Below are positions 39,578-49,284 of a DNA stretch of 64,000 bases, piece by piece (position 1 is the first letter of the stretch; each line of letters opens with the position of its first letter). Position numbers and translations under genes: made by a program. The stretch is from an uncultured Gemmatimonadaceae bacterium. Lineage in GTDB: Bacteria > Gemmatimonadota > Gemmatimonadetes > Gemmatimonadales > Gemmatimonadaceae. Below the pieces are notes generated by a model. It ran no database searches, was not told the DNA's origin, and saw only the letters and a list, made by a program, of their open reading frames with translations. The stretch is taken from positions 320,001-384,000 of the forward strand of contig CAVUDW010000002.1 in the NCBI GenBank assembly GCA_963740355.1. Reading direction: 5' to 3'.

Positions 39578-40621
39578 TCAGAACTTTCCGTCGCGGACCT
39601 CGAACTTGGTCGCCTTGCCGAGCAACGGCCGTTCACCGCGCACCCAGTCGGCGGTCCAGTCGAGCAGGTGGTCGAGGGGCATCAGCGGCAGATCATCCCC
39701 AAAACGATCGCGCAGGGGACGGGCATCCGACAGCAGCGCGTCGGGGGCCTCGGTGCCGGTGAAGACGGGTGTTTCGCCAAGCCGAGTGCCGAGAGCAGAG
39801 GCGAGCGATCGGACCGTGTGTGGTTCCAGCCCGGTGACGTTGACCGGCGATGCCGGGACGCTGCCCTGCGTCAGCAACATCAGCGCGATCGCGTTGGCAT
39901 CGCCCTGCCAGATCACGTTCACGGTGCCCATCGTGACATCGATCGGGATCCTATCCCGCACTTTCACGGCCAGGTCCGTGAGCACGCCGTACGTCAGTGC
40001 GCAGGCGTAGTTGAGCCGATAGAGCACCACCGGCGAGGCATGTCGCTGGCCGAGCGCTGACATCACGCGTTCTCGACCGAGGCAGCTCATGGCGTATTCA
40101 CCAATCGGGGCCGGCGCGGTTGACTCGGTCGCACCGTACCCGCTGGAAGTGGTGAGTGGATAGACGTTGCCGGTCGAGAACACGACCTGTCGCGCACCAG
40201 CGAACCGCTCGCCGCACCACGCGGGAACGATGGTGTTCATTGCCCAGGTCTGCGCCGGATCGCCACCGGTGCCGAACTTCTGTCCGGCCATGAAGATGAC
40301 GTTCGGCGCAAACGGCAGTGCATCGACGGCTGCGCGATCGAGCAGGTCTGCGCGGATCAATCGGACGCCGGCCGACTCGAGCTGCGCCGCCGCCGTGGCC
40401 TCCGACCAGCGCGACACCGCGATCACGTCGCGCTGTCGTCCGCCGTCCGCCTCATCCATCGCGCGCCGAGCCATCCGGGCCAGCGACGGTCCCATCTTGC
40501 CGCCGGCGCCCAGCACGATCACATCGCCTTCGATGGCGGCCAGCGTCCGCACGACCGCGGGTGTCGGCGTGCTGAGTGCGTCGTCGAGTGAGTCGAGGTC
40601 GTGCGGGGCGGCGAGGTGCAT
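39578..40621 (-). CDS. NAD-dependent epimerase/dehydratase
   Basis: LGAGGKMG, FSTGNVY, GEYAMSCLGRER and RLNYA motifs. Confidence 0.88.
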   Translation of the reverse strand: MHLAAPHDLDSLDDALSTPTPAVVRTLAAIEGDVIVLGAGGKMGPSLARMARRAMDEADGGRQRDVIAVSRWSEATAAAQLESAGVRLIRADLLDRAAVDALPFAPNVIFMAGQKFGTGGDPAQTWAMNTIVPAWCGERFAGARQVVFSTGNVYPLTTSSGYGATESTAPAPIGEYAMSCLGRERVMSALGQRHASPVVLYRLNYACALTYGVLTDLAVKVRDRIPIDVTMGTVNVIWQGDANAIALMLLTQGSVPASPVNVTGLEPHTVRSLASALGTRLGETPVFTGTEAPDALLSDARPLRDRFGDDLPLMPLDHLLDWTADWVRGERPLLGKATKFEVRDGKF

Positions 40622-40749
40622 CTCGAATTCTATGCGGCTTGGGGCGGTCGCGCGTCCATCTGTATTCGGCGCGTTTAGCTCATCAGCCTGAGTTCTACAC
40701 GACTGCCAGCCTTCCGTCTTTCGCAGCGTTGGTCGCGCCGTCGCCTGAC

Positions 40750-41125
40750 GGTCTACACTTCCTCACGCGGAGGCGCGGGGAACGCGGAGCCGCGGGGAAC
40801 AGCAAACTGCAACGGCAGGGGGAACTGCGGTGGAGGGCGTGGCATCCGTGCGCGCTGCGGTCTCACCGATCACCCGGTCGGGTCCTCACCCATCATCCCG
40901 GTCTCGTCCTCACCCATCAATGCGGTCCCGTCCTCACCCATCAATGCGGTCCCGTCCTCACCCATCAACCCGGTCCCGTCCTCACCCATCAACCCGGTCC
41001 ATACCCTCCTCGCAGTTCCCCGCAGTTCCCCGCGGCTCCGCGTCCCCCGCGGCTCCGCGTCCCCCGCGGCTCCGCGTCCCCCGCGTCTCCGCGTCCCCCG
41101 CGTCTCCGCGTGAGAATGTGTAGAC
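40750..41125. repeat. Composite repeat: family-D inverted arms enclosing 24-bp x5 and 18-bp x5 tandem arrays
   Basis: GTCCTCACCCATCAAYSCGGTCCC units at 40882-41000; CCGCGKCTCCGCGTCCCC units at ~41029-41110; arm 40750-40800 is inverted relative to ~41075-41125. Confidence 0.88.
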
Positions 41126-41298
41126 GATCAGGCGACTGGTGCGGAGCCCAAGCGGCGCGGAGTCTTGGTTGGATTTCAAGGGGTCAGAGTCCTTGAAAGT
41201 TCATGGGGACGGAGTCGTGCGGCGCAGTGAAGCAATCCGGCTCGCGCATTCTGACGTAGCTGGTGCGGATCTCCTTCTGGACCTCCTCACCGATTCGC

Positions 41299-42711
41299 AT
41301 GTCCGTTCCATTGCAGACTGGCCGACCGCCGCGGCGCGTTCTGAACGTCCTCGCCACCCCAGTGCGCGACGAATCACGGGCGCTGCTGGCGAAGAATTGG
41401 AACGCGATGCCCGAGGCGTTGCAGACCAAGCAGCAGATGCTCGGCGTCCAGGGAAACGGATGTGGAGCGACCATCGGCGCCATGCCACGCTGTGATTTCG
41501 CGTGCCGTGGATGCTACCTCGGCGAGGCCGCCAATCGCATTCCCGCTGAGCCCGTGGAAGCGATCATGGCTCAGATGGACGCGCTGCGACCGATCCTTGG
41601 GCCGGACGGGAACCTGCAACTGACCGATGGCGAAGTCACGCTGCGGCCGCCCGAGGAAGTCGTGAAGTTGTTGCAGCACGCGCACTCGCTCGAACTAGTG
41701 CCGATGCTGATGACGCATGGCGACTCCTTTCGTCGTCGGCCGGGGTTGCTCGAGCAGTACATGCTGGACGGCGAGTTGGTCGAGGTCAGCATCCATGTCG
41801 ATACCACGCAGCGCGGCCGCGTCGGTGCGGAGTACAAGGGGGCGACGTCAGAGGCGCAGCTCAATCCACTGCGCGACGAGTTCGTGCAGCTGCTCACCGA
41901 AGCGCAGTCGAAAACCGGTAAGCGCCTGCGAGCCGCCACAACCATGACAGTCACGCGCGACAACCTCAGTGGCGTGCATGATGTGATGCGCTGGATCACC
42001 GGAGGGCAGCGCGTCTTCCGAATGATCAGCTTCCAGCCGATCGCACAAGTTGGCCGCACCGAAGATGGTTTCGGTGGCGGAGTGACCGGCGAGGCACTCT
42101 GGTGGCGAATCGCGTTCGCGCTGACGGGCGGGAAGAAGGGCGCCGCCGAAGAGTTGCTCAAGTCGCAGGTCTGGTTCGGCCATCCGTCGTGCAACCGGAT
42201 CCTGCACGGTCTCGTTGCGCACCGTGACGGCGAGGCGCCGGCCTTCCACGCCCTGCGCCCGTCAGCCGATGCACCGCACGCCGACACCGTCGACGAGTTC
42301 TTCCGACGATTTGGCGGTGTGAGCTTCAAGACCGACACCACCCGTACTGCCATCGCCCGTGCACTCGGCATGGCACTGCGCGCGCCAGGTTTCGTTCTCG
42401 GTCGCCTGCCCGGCTACCTCTGGCACTGGCTCGAACGCCTCAGCCCCGGCTCGCCGCTTCAGGCGATTCGGGACCTGCTCAACGGCTCACTCAAGGTGCA
42501 GCCGCTGGTGATCGTGAGTCATCACTTCATGAGCAGCGCCGAGATCCACACCGACGAAGGGCAGGCACGCTTGGCGCAGTGTGTCTTTCACGTGCCGGTG
42601 AATGGCGAGCTGGTGTCGATGTGCGAGGTGAATGCGCTCGGGATTCGGGATCGGTACTACGCGGACCTCGTGGGCACGGCCTCCCGGTCCGACGTCGTTC
42701 CGTCCCTCTGA
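41299..42711 (+). CDS. Radical SAM protein (Tes/MJ0619-like motif set, lacking the N-terminal domain)
   Basis: CDFACRGC (CxxxCxxC), LQLTDGEVTL, SFQPIAQVGR, HPSC, HHFM and RLAQCVFH...SMCEVN motifs. Confidence 0.88.
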   Translation: MSVPLQTGRPPRRVLNVLATPVRDESRALLAKNWNAMPEALQTKQQMLGVQGNGCGATIGAMPRCDFACRGCYLGEAANRIPAEPVEAIMAQMDALRPILGPDGNLQLTDGEVTLRPPEEVVKLLQHAHSLELVPMLMTHGDSFRRRPGLLEQYMLDGELVEVSIHVDTTQRGRVGAEYKGATSEAQLNPLRDEFVQLLTEAQSKTGKRLRAATTMTVTRDNLSGVHDVMRWITGGQRVFRMISFQPIAQVGRTEDGFGGGVTGEALWWRIAFALTGGKKGAAEELLKSQVWFGHPSCNRILHGLVAHRDGEAPAFHALRPSADAPHADTVDEFFRRFGGVSFKTDTTRTAIARALGMALRAPGFVLGRLPGYLWHWLERLSPGSPLQAIRDLLNGSLKVQPLVIVSHHFMSSAEIHTDEGQARLAQCVFHVPVNGELVSMCEVNALGIRDRYYADLVGTASRSDVVPSL

Positions 42712-42719
42712 TCTCGAGC

Positions 42720-43131
42720 GAACTCCGTACCCCTGAGCTCAGGAACTCCGTCCCCCCAAACGTTCGCGATGCGACCGACGCGGCTGCGGTCGCACTCCGT
42801 GAGCTCCGTGGCCTCCCCCCTATTTGTTGTTCGCGTTGGTGCGCGTTGCAGCATTCGTTTGCAATCGCGAGGGAAGCAACTGCAATGAGGGGGAGGCCAC
42901 GGAGCTCACGGAGTGCTCCAATGGCAACCTTGGCCGCTTCCCCATCAATGGTGCTGGAAGGGAACGAGCCGGAGGGACTCCGTCCCCGTGAGCTCACAAG
43001 GACTCAGCCTGCATGAAAGCCCTGACCCTTTGAAAGTCCCGTGAAAAGCGAACTCTCCGCCGCCATAGGCGTCGCGTGCAGTCCTCCGCGACTCCGCGTC
43101 CCCCGCGGCTCCGCGTGAGGAAGTGTGGACC
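42720..43131. repeat. Cluster of REP-like repeats (families C, D, E)
   Basis: C' at 42791-42820, C at 42882-42916; E' at 42976-43035 (inverse of 41172-41216); D' at 43081-43131 (inverse of 40750-40800). Confidence 0.85.
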
Positions 43132-43174
43132 AGCACCGCCACAGGCGTCCAGCGCCAGACGGCAGAACCCGTCG

Positions 43175-43990
43175 CTATCGAATCAGCCCCAGTCGCCGCC
43201 CGTTTGCCTGGCTGTTCAGGCTCCAGTCGTACTCCGTCTTCACGACCTTGTACTCCCCTGACTCCAGCAACGCCTTCTCGGCACCCGCAGGATAGTACCG
43301 CGCGATGAACCGCCCGACGCTTGCCTCACTGCCTCCGAAATCCTTCATGTAGTCGAGGAAGGAAAAGATCGGACTGCGATAGATCGTGCGATTCGCGACG
43401 TCCACGCGGTTCTTGGCCGGTGTTTGCGTGAGAAACCGCACCGCTTGCTCGTTCAGCTGCGCGTCGATGCGCGCGCCGGTGTAGGCCTCGCTGCGGAGCG
43501 GTGGGCAGCCAATCGCCGCACACACCAGCGCGAAGTGGATGCGCGGTTCCTTGAAGGTCGGGCGAATCGTACGCTGTTCGATGTCGTCCAGCGTGTACGT
43601 CTTGCCGCCCACCACGGCAAACGCTTCAGACCACGGACCCTTCAGGCGCAGAAGCCCCAGCGACTTGTTGATGTTCCGGATCGACTCGCGTTCGTTCTTG
43701 TTGTTGATCAACTGGATCGTGTACGCATTGTAGGCGTTGATCCAGAGTGCCAGTTGTTCGTTGCGCGGCAACGTGACCGGATTCGTCGCGGCCAGCAGTC
43801 GGAGATAGCCTGCGAAGGCCGGGTCAGCCTTGAATGCGTCGTAGTCCACCAGTCCGTTCACGACGTGGGCCTTCAGCAGTCGGTCAAACGCACTGTGGTC
43901 AACTGCCTGCGCATGCAGCAATGTGCTGGAAATCATCAGGACAGCGCCCGTCGCCAGCTGTCGTGCGACACGTGTGATGCGGAAAGTCAT
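43175..43990 (-). CDS. DUF547 domain protein, secreted
   Basis: GLVDY, WINAYNA, EPRIHFALVCAAIGCPPL and YDWSLN motifs. Confidence 0.92.
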   Translation of the reverse strand: MTFRITRVARQLATGAVLMISSTLLHAQAVDHSAFDRLLKAHVVNGLVDYDAFKADPAFAGYLRLLAATNPVTLPRNEQLALWINAYNAYTIQLINNKNERESIRNINKSLGLLRLKGPWSEAFAVVGGKTYTLDDIEQRTIRPTFKEPRIHFALVCAAIGCPPLRSEAYTGARIDAQLNEQAVRFLTQTPAKNRVDVANRTIYRSPIFSFLDYMKDFGGSEASVGRFIARYYPAGAEKALLESGEYKVVKTEYDWSLNSQANGRRLGLIR

Positions 43991-45492
43991 CTGAAGAGAG
44001 CGAAATAGCGAAGGAAAAGGTTCTTCACGAATGGCGTCAGCTTCGTACGGCGCCACGCATCTGCCACCTTGCGCAGCACTTCACCTTGTGTCGGATACGG
44101 ATGCATCGTCTTGCCGATCGCGCCGAGTCCGAGGCCGTTCGTCATGGCCAAAGTCACTTCGCTGATCATGTCACCCGCGTTCGGTGCCACGATCGTGGCA
44201 CCGACGATCTTGTCCGTTCCCTCGCGCACGTGCACGCGACAGAACCCTTGTGTCTCACCCTCGAGACGCGCCCGATCCACATCGTGCAGTGGTACCGTGA
44301 ACGTCTGGATCGGGACGCCCGCCTGCGCCGCACTCGCCGCGGTGTGGCCGACCTGCGCCAGCTCCGGTGAGGTATACGTCGCCCAGGGCGTGACCAGATT
44401 GCTCGCCTTGCCGCGGCCATAGAATAGCGCGTTCTGGATCACCATCCGCGCCTGAAAATCCGCCGCATGTGTGAATTGCAGCGGCGAGCAGACATCACCG
44501 ACGGCGTACACCCAGGAATTCGTGGTCTGGAGTCGCTCATTCACTGTCACCCCCTTCTTCGTGAAGGCGATTCCGGCGTGGTCGAGTCCGAGGTTTTCCA
44601 CATTTGGCTTGCGTCCGATCGCCACCAGCAGCGCATCGCCCACATGCGTGGTCTCGATGCCATCGCGCGTCGTGCGCACGCGAATTTCGCCACCCTGCTG
44701 TGAGACAGCCACGATTTCAGCGAGAGCGGAATAGCGGACCCCATCTTCGCTGAGTGCTTGCTGCACGATCAGCGCGGCGTCTTCGTCATCGCGCGGGAGC
44801 ACCCGTGGCCCCTTGTCGATCAGCGTCACCTGCGAGCCGAAACGGGCGAAACTCTGCGCCATCTCGCAGCCAATCGGGCCGGCACCAATCACCAGCAGTC
44901 GAGCTGGGAGCGCCGTGAGGTCGAAGATCGTTTCGTTCGTCAGGTACGGAACGGTTTCGAGCCCTGGGATCGGTGGCGCGGAGGCACGGGCGCCCGTTGC
45001 GATCACGGCGCGGCGGTACTTCAGCGTTGCCGCACCGACCGTAATTGCGGACGGGTTCATGAACGCGCCGTCGCCGAGGAATACGTCGACGCCCAGGTCA
45101 CGAAAGCGGGCCGCACTGTCGATCGGGCTCAGCTCACTCCGAATGCGCCGCATGCGATTCATCATCGTCTCGAAATCGCCGCGTGAGTCAGCCGCGATCG
45201 CGGGCCCGCCGAACTTCCCTGCCGCAGTGCGCGCCGTCGACCACGCGCGGGCCGCACTGATCAGCCCTTTGGACGGCACACAGCCGACGTTCAGGCAGTC
45301 GCCGCCCATCAGGTGCCGTTCGATCAGCGCGACCTTCGCGCCCAGTCCCGCGGCGCCGGCGGCCGATACCAGTCCACCGGTGCCGGCACCAATCACGACT
45401 AGATCGTAGTTCGGCGCTGGCTTGGGATTCACCCAGTCCGACGGATGCACCTGCGAGACCAGTTCGTGATCCCAATGATCGTGCTCGAGCAT
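43987..45492 (-). CDS. FAD-dependent pyridine nucleotide-disulfide oxidoreductase (MerA/Lpd-like, no C-terminal Cys pair)
   Basis: GAGTGG, GGDCLNVGCVPSK, GAGPIG and HPYPTQGE motifs. Confidence 0.9.
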   Translation of the reverse strand: MLEHDHWDHELVSQVHPSDWVNPKPAPNYDLVVIGAGTGGLVSAAGAAGLGAKVALIERHLMGGDCLNVGCVPSKGLISAARAWSTARTAAGKFGGPAIAADSRGDFETMMNRMRRIRSELSPIDSAARFRDLGVDVFLGDGAFMNPSAITVGAATLKYRRAVIATGARASAPPIPGLETVPYLTNETIFDLTALPARLLVIGAGPIGCEMAQSFARFGSQVTLIDKGPRVLPRDDEDAALIVQQALSEDGVRYSALAEIVAVSQQGGEIRVRTTRDGIETTHVGDALLVAIGRKPNVENLGLDHAGIAFTKKGVTVNERLQTTNSWVYAVGDVCSPLQFTHAADFQARMVIQNALFYGRGKASNLVTPWATYTSPELAQVGHTAASAAQAGVPIQTFTVPLHDVDRARLEGETQGFCRVHVREGTDKIVGATIVAPNAGDMISEVTLAMTNGLGLGAIGKTMHPYPTQGEVLRKVADAWRRTKLTPFVKNLFLRYFALFR

Positions 45493-45523
45493 CTGCAGTC
45501 GGAGAAAAGGGAAAATCAGCTCG

Positions 45524-46300
45524 TCAGGTCGGGACTGATCCGTTCGCCGTCGCATCGGCCAATGCACGCTTGGCGAGACGCGTCACCAGGATCGTCACCG
45601 CAGCCGTAGCCGCAAGGCCGAGGCCAAGCACGGCGTAGAAGGCGGGCCCGCGCGCGGGAGCGGTGGTGCCCGCCGCGCCGACCACCACGCGCGCAACGTT
45701 CCCGGTGTACACGTAGAGCAGTGTACCGGGAATCATGCCGACGGATGCGACCAGGAAATCGGCCATGCGCACCCGTGTCAGCCCCAGTGCGTAGTTGAGC
45801 ACGTTGAAGGGAATCACCGGCGATAGGCGCAGGAGAAACACCACGCGGCGGCCTTGCTCCGCGATCGCACCGTCGATCGCCGCGAAGCGTGGATCGCGCT
45901 GGACACGCTCGGCGACCCAGTCGCGCGCCACGTAGCGTGCAATCAGGAAGGCTCCCAGAGCACCCAGCGACGCGCCCAGCAATACGAAAATGGTGCCTTT
46001 CACGACGCCGAACAGCGCACCAGCTGCCAACGTGAGGATGGAGGCTGGAACGAACGCGACGCAGGCCAGCGCATATCCCGCGATGAACACGACGGGTCCC
46101 CATGCGCCAAGCGCGTCCACTGCCGCCGTGAGGCGCGGCAGCTGCCCACTCAACTGCCGTCCCAGCAACACGAGGCCCACGACGACGAGCAGCGCTACGC
46201 CAACGCGCAGGATGGTCGCGCTTCGCGACGTCGGCGCGCCACCATCCGGTGTGCGATCCGTCGCCTTGTCGCGTGTGTTGCTGGTCGCTTTGTCAGTCAT
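45524..46300 (-). CDS. TVP38/TMEM64 (DedA/VTT) membrane protein
   Basis: LTLAAGALFG and LLRLSPVIPFNVLNYALG motifs. Confidence 0.92.
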   Translation of the reverse strand: MTDKATSNTRDKATDRTPDGGAPTSRSATILRVGVALLVVVGLVLLGRQLSGQLPRLTAAVDALGAWGPVVFIAGYALACVAFVPASILTLAAGALFGVVKGTIFVLLGASLGALGAFLIARYVARDWVAERVQRDPRFAAIDGAIAEQGRRVVFLLRLSPVIPFNVLNYALGLTRVRMADFLVASVGMIPGTLLYVYTGNVARVVVGAAGTTAPARGPAFYAVLGLGLAATAAVTILVTRLAKRALADATANGSVPT

Positions 46301-46372
46301 CGGTCATCTGCCATGGGACGCCTGCATCATACGACGCGCCCGAAGGTTCGGATTGACCGACGGTACAGCCGG

Positions 46373-47158
46373 CTACGCGGACTGGGCGCCGAGCGAAAGC
46401 GGTTCACCGTTTGCGCCAAGCCCGAGCTCGACATGCAGGCGCTCCTTGGCCGCGGCAATCGCATCCCGCGTCCGATTCTTCAGCGTCGACAGGTCAGCCA
46501 GAGTTAGCCCGGTCGTCTCGATTGGTTCCAGTACCCGACAGATCGCACGCGTCTTCTGGAACTGGAACGTGTGCTTGGCCATCGCCCGACGGGTGCCCGC
46601 CACCACGATCGGCAGGATCGGAATGTTGTTCTCGATCGCCAGCCGGAAGGCGCCATCCTTGAACGGCAGCAGCTCGCCGTCAGGGGTCCGAGTCCCTTCA
46701 GGAAATATCATGACGCTCAAGCGGTGCTTCAGCTTGTCGCGGCAATCGTTCATTGCGGCCACGATGCTTTCGCGTGTGCCGCGCTTGACCGGGATGTCGC
46801 CGGCCAGCCACATCATCCAGCCAAGGAACGGAATCTTGAAGAGTTGCTCCTTCCCCAGCCACTTCATCTCCCACGGCAGGTGTGAGATCAGGAAGATGTC
46901 GGCGTAGCTCTCGTGATTCGACACGGCGACGTACGGCCGACGGGGATCCCGGATCCGGATCCCGTCGGTGCTGAACTTCCACAGCGGATTCAGAAAGACC
47001 GTGGTCGCGCCTACGAGGCGGAAGGTGCGACCCGCGATGTACCGGTCACGATCGAACGGTACGGTGACGATGAAGACCGCCAACACCACGAAAAACCCGA
47101 CGATGATCGCCGCGATGAGCACGACCCACGCATAGGCATTCAGGACTTTCTGGAGCAC
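46373..47158 (-). CDS. plsC: 1-acyl-sn-glycerol-3-phosphate acyltransferase (PlsC family)
   Basis: NHESYAD and IFPEGTR...FKDGAF motifs. Confidence 0.85.
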   Translation of the reverse strand: MLQKVLNAYAWVVLIAAIIVGFFVVLAVFIVTVPFDRDRYIAGRTFRLVGATTVFLNPLWKFSTDGIRIRDPRRPYVAVSNHESYADIFLISHLPWEMKWLGKEQLFKIPFLGWMMWLAGDIPVKRGTRESIVAAMNDCRDKLKHRLSVMIFPEGTRTPDGELLPFKDGAFRLAIENNIPILPIVVAGTRRAMAKHTFQFQKTRAICRVLEPIETTGLTLADLSTLKNRTRDAIAAAKERLHVELGLGANGEPLSLGAQSA

Positions 47159-47161
47159 GGC

Positions 47162-47407
47162 TCAGCTGGCGGCAGGCGTGATGGGTGCGGGCGTGACCGG
47201 CGCACAGGTCCCGTCAAAACCATTCGTCCGGTGCGACCCGTCGCAGAACGGCTTGCGCTTGCTGTCGCCGCAACGGCACAGCGACACGTTCTTTCCTTCG
47301 GGCAGCGGGATGACGTTCCCTTCCGCGTCCGTGATCTGGATGGACTGTGCATCGGCCGCGGTGATCAGCAGCGACGCGTTGTTGTTGACCTTGATCGTGA
47401 TCGGCAT
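47162..47407 (-). CDS. CDGSH iron-sulfur domain protein
   Basis: LCRCGDSKRKPFCDGSH motif. Confidence 0.93.
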   Translation of the reverse strand: MPITIKVNNNASLLITAADAQSIQITDAEGNVIPLPEGKNVSLCRCGDSKRKPFCDGSHRTNGFDGTCAPVTPAPITPAAS

Positions 47408-47522
47408 CGGCAGGGCATGGGATGATACGGCAGGGGCGGAACGCCCACAGCACAGCAGAATAATGCCCGGGCCGCTGGACCGTCACCCACACCTGCCCCC
47501 TGAGCCGGTTACCGCCGAGTCC

Positions 47523-47963
47523 CTATGCGGCCTGGGCCAGCGCCGCGTGGCGCTTCAGGCGCTGCACCATCGCATTCAGGCCGACTTCGCGCCCGGCCAG
47601 CCCGATGTCGTGCATCAGCTGACGCACGATGTCGTTCGGGATCGCCAGCGTGACACTCGCGGGCTGCTCGTTCACCGCCTGGAAGAGGATCGCCAGCACC
47701 GCCGCCACCGTCGGTGATTCACGCACGTTCACATCGGCATAGAAGTGCAGCAGCCCATCATGCACTTCGGGAAAGAGGTCGACACGTGTCTGGCACTCGG
47801 CAACGGTGAATGCGGCGCGATCGAGGGCCGCCAAACGCGGCGGGAGCGGCTCGAGCTTTTTCGCGTACGCCACCAGGCTCGCCATCTTCTCTTCGCGTCC
47901 CATGGAGCGGAACCGGCCAAGCACGCGTTCGAGGGCTGGAGGGATCATCTCAGTCTGCGTCAT
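47523..47963 (-). CDS. SufE-family sulfur acceptor
   Basis: YAKKLEPLP, VAECQT (acceptor Cys) and ESPTV motifs. Confidence 0.82.
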   Translation of the reverse strand: MTQTEMIPPALERVLGRFRSMGREEKMASLVAYAKKLEPLPPRLAALDRAAFTVAECQTRVDLFPEVHDGLLHFYADVNVRESPTVAAVLAILFQAVNEQPASVTLAIPNDIVRQLMHDIGLAGREVGLNAMVQRLKRHAALAQAA

Positions 47964-48004
47964 CCCGAAAGCTACACACCACCGATAGCCATATTTCCCT
48001 CCCT

Positions 48005-49282
48005 ATGCATCTGGTGATCGTCACCTCGGGATCGCGCGGCGACGTGCAGCCCTACCTCGCCCTCGCGAAGCGGGCGATGCACGATGGCCATCGGGTGACG
48101 CTGGCGACGCACGCGGTGTTCGAGCCGTGGGTGCGCGCGCACGGCGTGCCATTCCGCGCGCTGCATGGTGATCCGAAGGCGATGCTGAGCAATCCCGGTG
48201 CCCGGGCATGGCTGTCCGATGGCTCGCTGGGCGGCCTGTGGCAGTTCGCCTGCGAGTTCGGCCGCGACTTCGGTGGCCTGTTCGACGGCCTGCTGCACGA
48301 CCTGACCATCGCAACGGCGGACGCGGACGTGGTGCTCTACAGCGCCGTCTGCATGGCGGCGGCTCAATTGCACGAGATTCGAGGGACGCCCGTCATCGCC
48401 GGCTGGCTGCAACCGCTCACGCCCACACATGCGTTTCCGGCTGCAGGGCTGACCTACCGCGAACCCGCCACGCTCTGGGACCGGCGTCGCAATCGGCTCT
48501 CACACGTGATCGGCGAACAGCTGCTCTGGCAACCATCGCGGCGCACGGTGAATCGCTGGCGTGCGCGCGAGCTCAACGCGCCGCCAGTGTCCTTTCTCGG
48601 TCCGTTCGCCGCCCAACGCTCCGCGGCCTACCCGGTCTGTTACGCCTACAGCCCGGCCGTGCTTCCGCGTCCCGCCGATTGGCCGGAGTGGATTGCACCG
48701 ACCGGCTGGTGGTACCTCGACGAGCCGGATTTCCAGCCGAGTGAGTCGCTGTCGCGCTTTCTCGCCGCCGGCGATGCACCGGTCACCATCGGGTTCGGCA
48801 GCATGACTCCGCAAGATGGTGAATGGCTGACGAAGGTCGTGCTCGACGCCTGCGATCAGGCGGAGTGTCGCGCGGTGCTGCTCGAAGGCTGGGGCTCACT
48901 CGGCAACACGTCCTTGCCCAGCACGATCCACGTCGAGCGCGACGTGCCCCACGACTGGCTCTTCGGCCGCAGCAGCGCGTTGGTGCACCACGGTGGCGCG
49001 GGCACCACCGGAGCTGCCGTGCGAAGTGGCGTCCCGTCGCTGATCGTGCCGCTGGGCTTCGATCAACAGTTCTGGGGAAGCCGACTGCAGTCGCTCGGTG
49101 TCTCGCCCGCGCCGATCAAGCGTCGCGACCTCACCGTCGCCAACCTCGCCGCGTCGATCCGTACCATGCGGACCAACACCGCCATGCGCACCGCCGCCGC
49201 ATCACTCGGCGAGATCGTCCGCACCGAAGACGGTACCGGTACCGCACTCCGTCGCATCCTCGCGCACGCGGAGCATCGCTGA
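48005..49282 (+). CDS. GT1/GT28-type glycosyltransferase (sterol/lipid glycosyltransferase-like)
   Basis: GSRGDVQP, IGFGSM, PHDWLF, HHGGAGTT and DQQFWG motifs. Confidence 0.92.
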   Translation: MHLVIVTSGSRGDVQPYLALAKRAMHDGHRVTLATHAVFEPWVRAHGVPFRALHGDPKAMLSNPGARAWLSDGSLGGLWQFACEFGRDFGGLFDGLLHDLTIATADADVVLYSAVCMAAAQLHEIRGTPVIAGWLQPLTPTHAFPAAGLTYREPATLWDRRRNRLSHVIGEQLLWQPSRRTVNRWRARELNAPPVSFLGPFAAQRSAAYPVCYAYSPAVLPRPADWPEWIAPTGWWYLDEPDFQPSESLSRFLAAGDAPVTIGFGSMTPQDGEWLTKVVLDACDQAECRAVLLEGWGSLGNTSLPSTIHVERDVPHDWLFGRSSALVHHGGAGTTGAAVRSGVPSLIVPLGFDQQFWGSRLQSLGVSPAPIKRRDLTVANLAASIRTMRTNTAMRTAAASLGEIVRTEDGTGTALRRILAHAEHR

Positions 49283-49284
49283 AC

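Noticed and set aside
40882..41110. Possible CRISPR array
   Set aside because: Units are head-to-tail with no unique spacers, and no cas genes are present.
43987..45492. Mercuric reductase merA
   Set aside because: No C-terminal Cys-Cys pair, no NmerA domain and no mer genes nearby.
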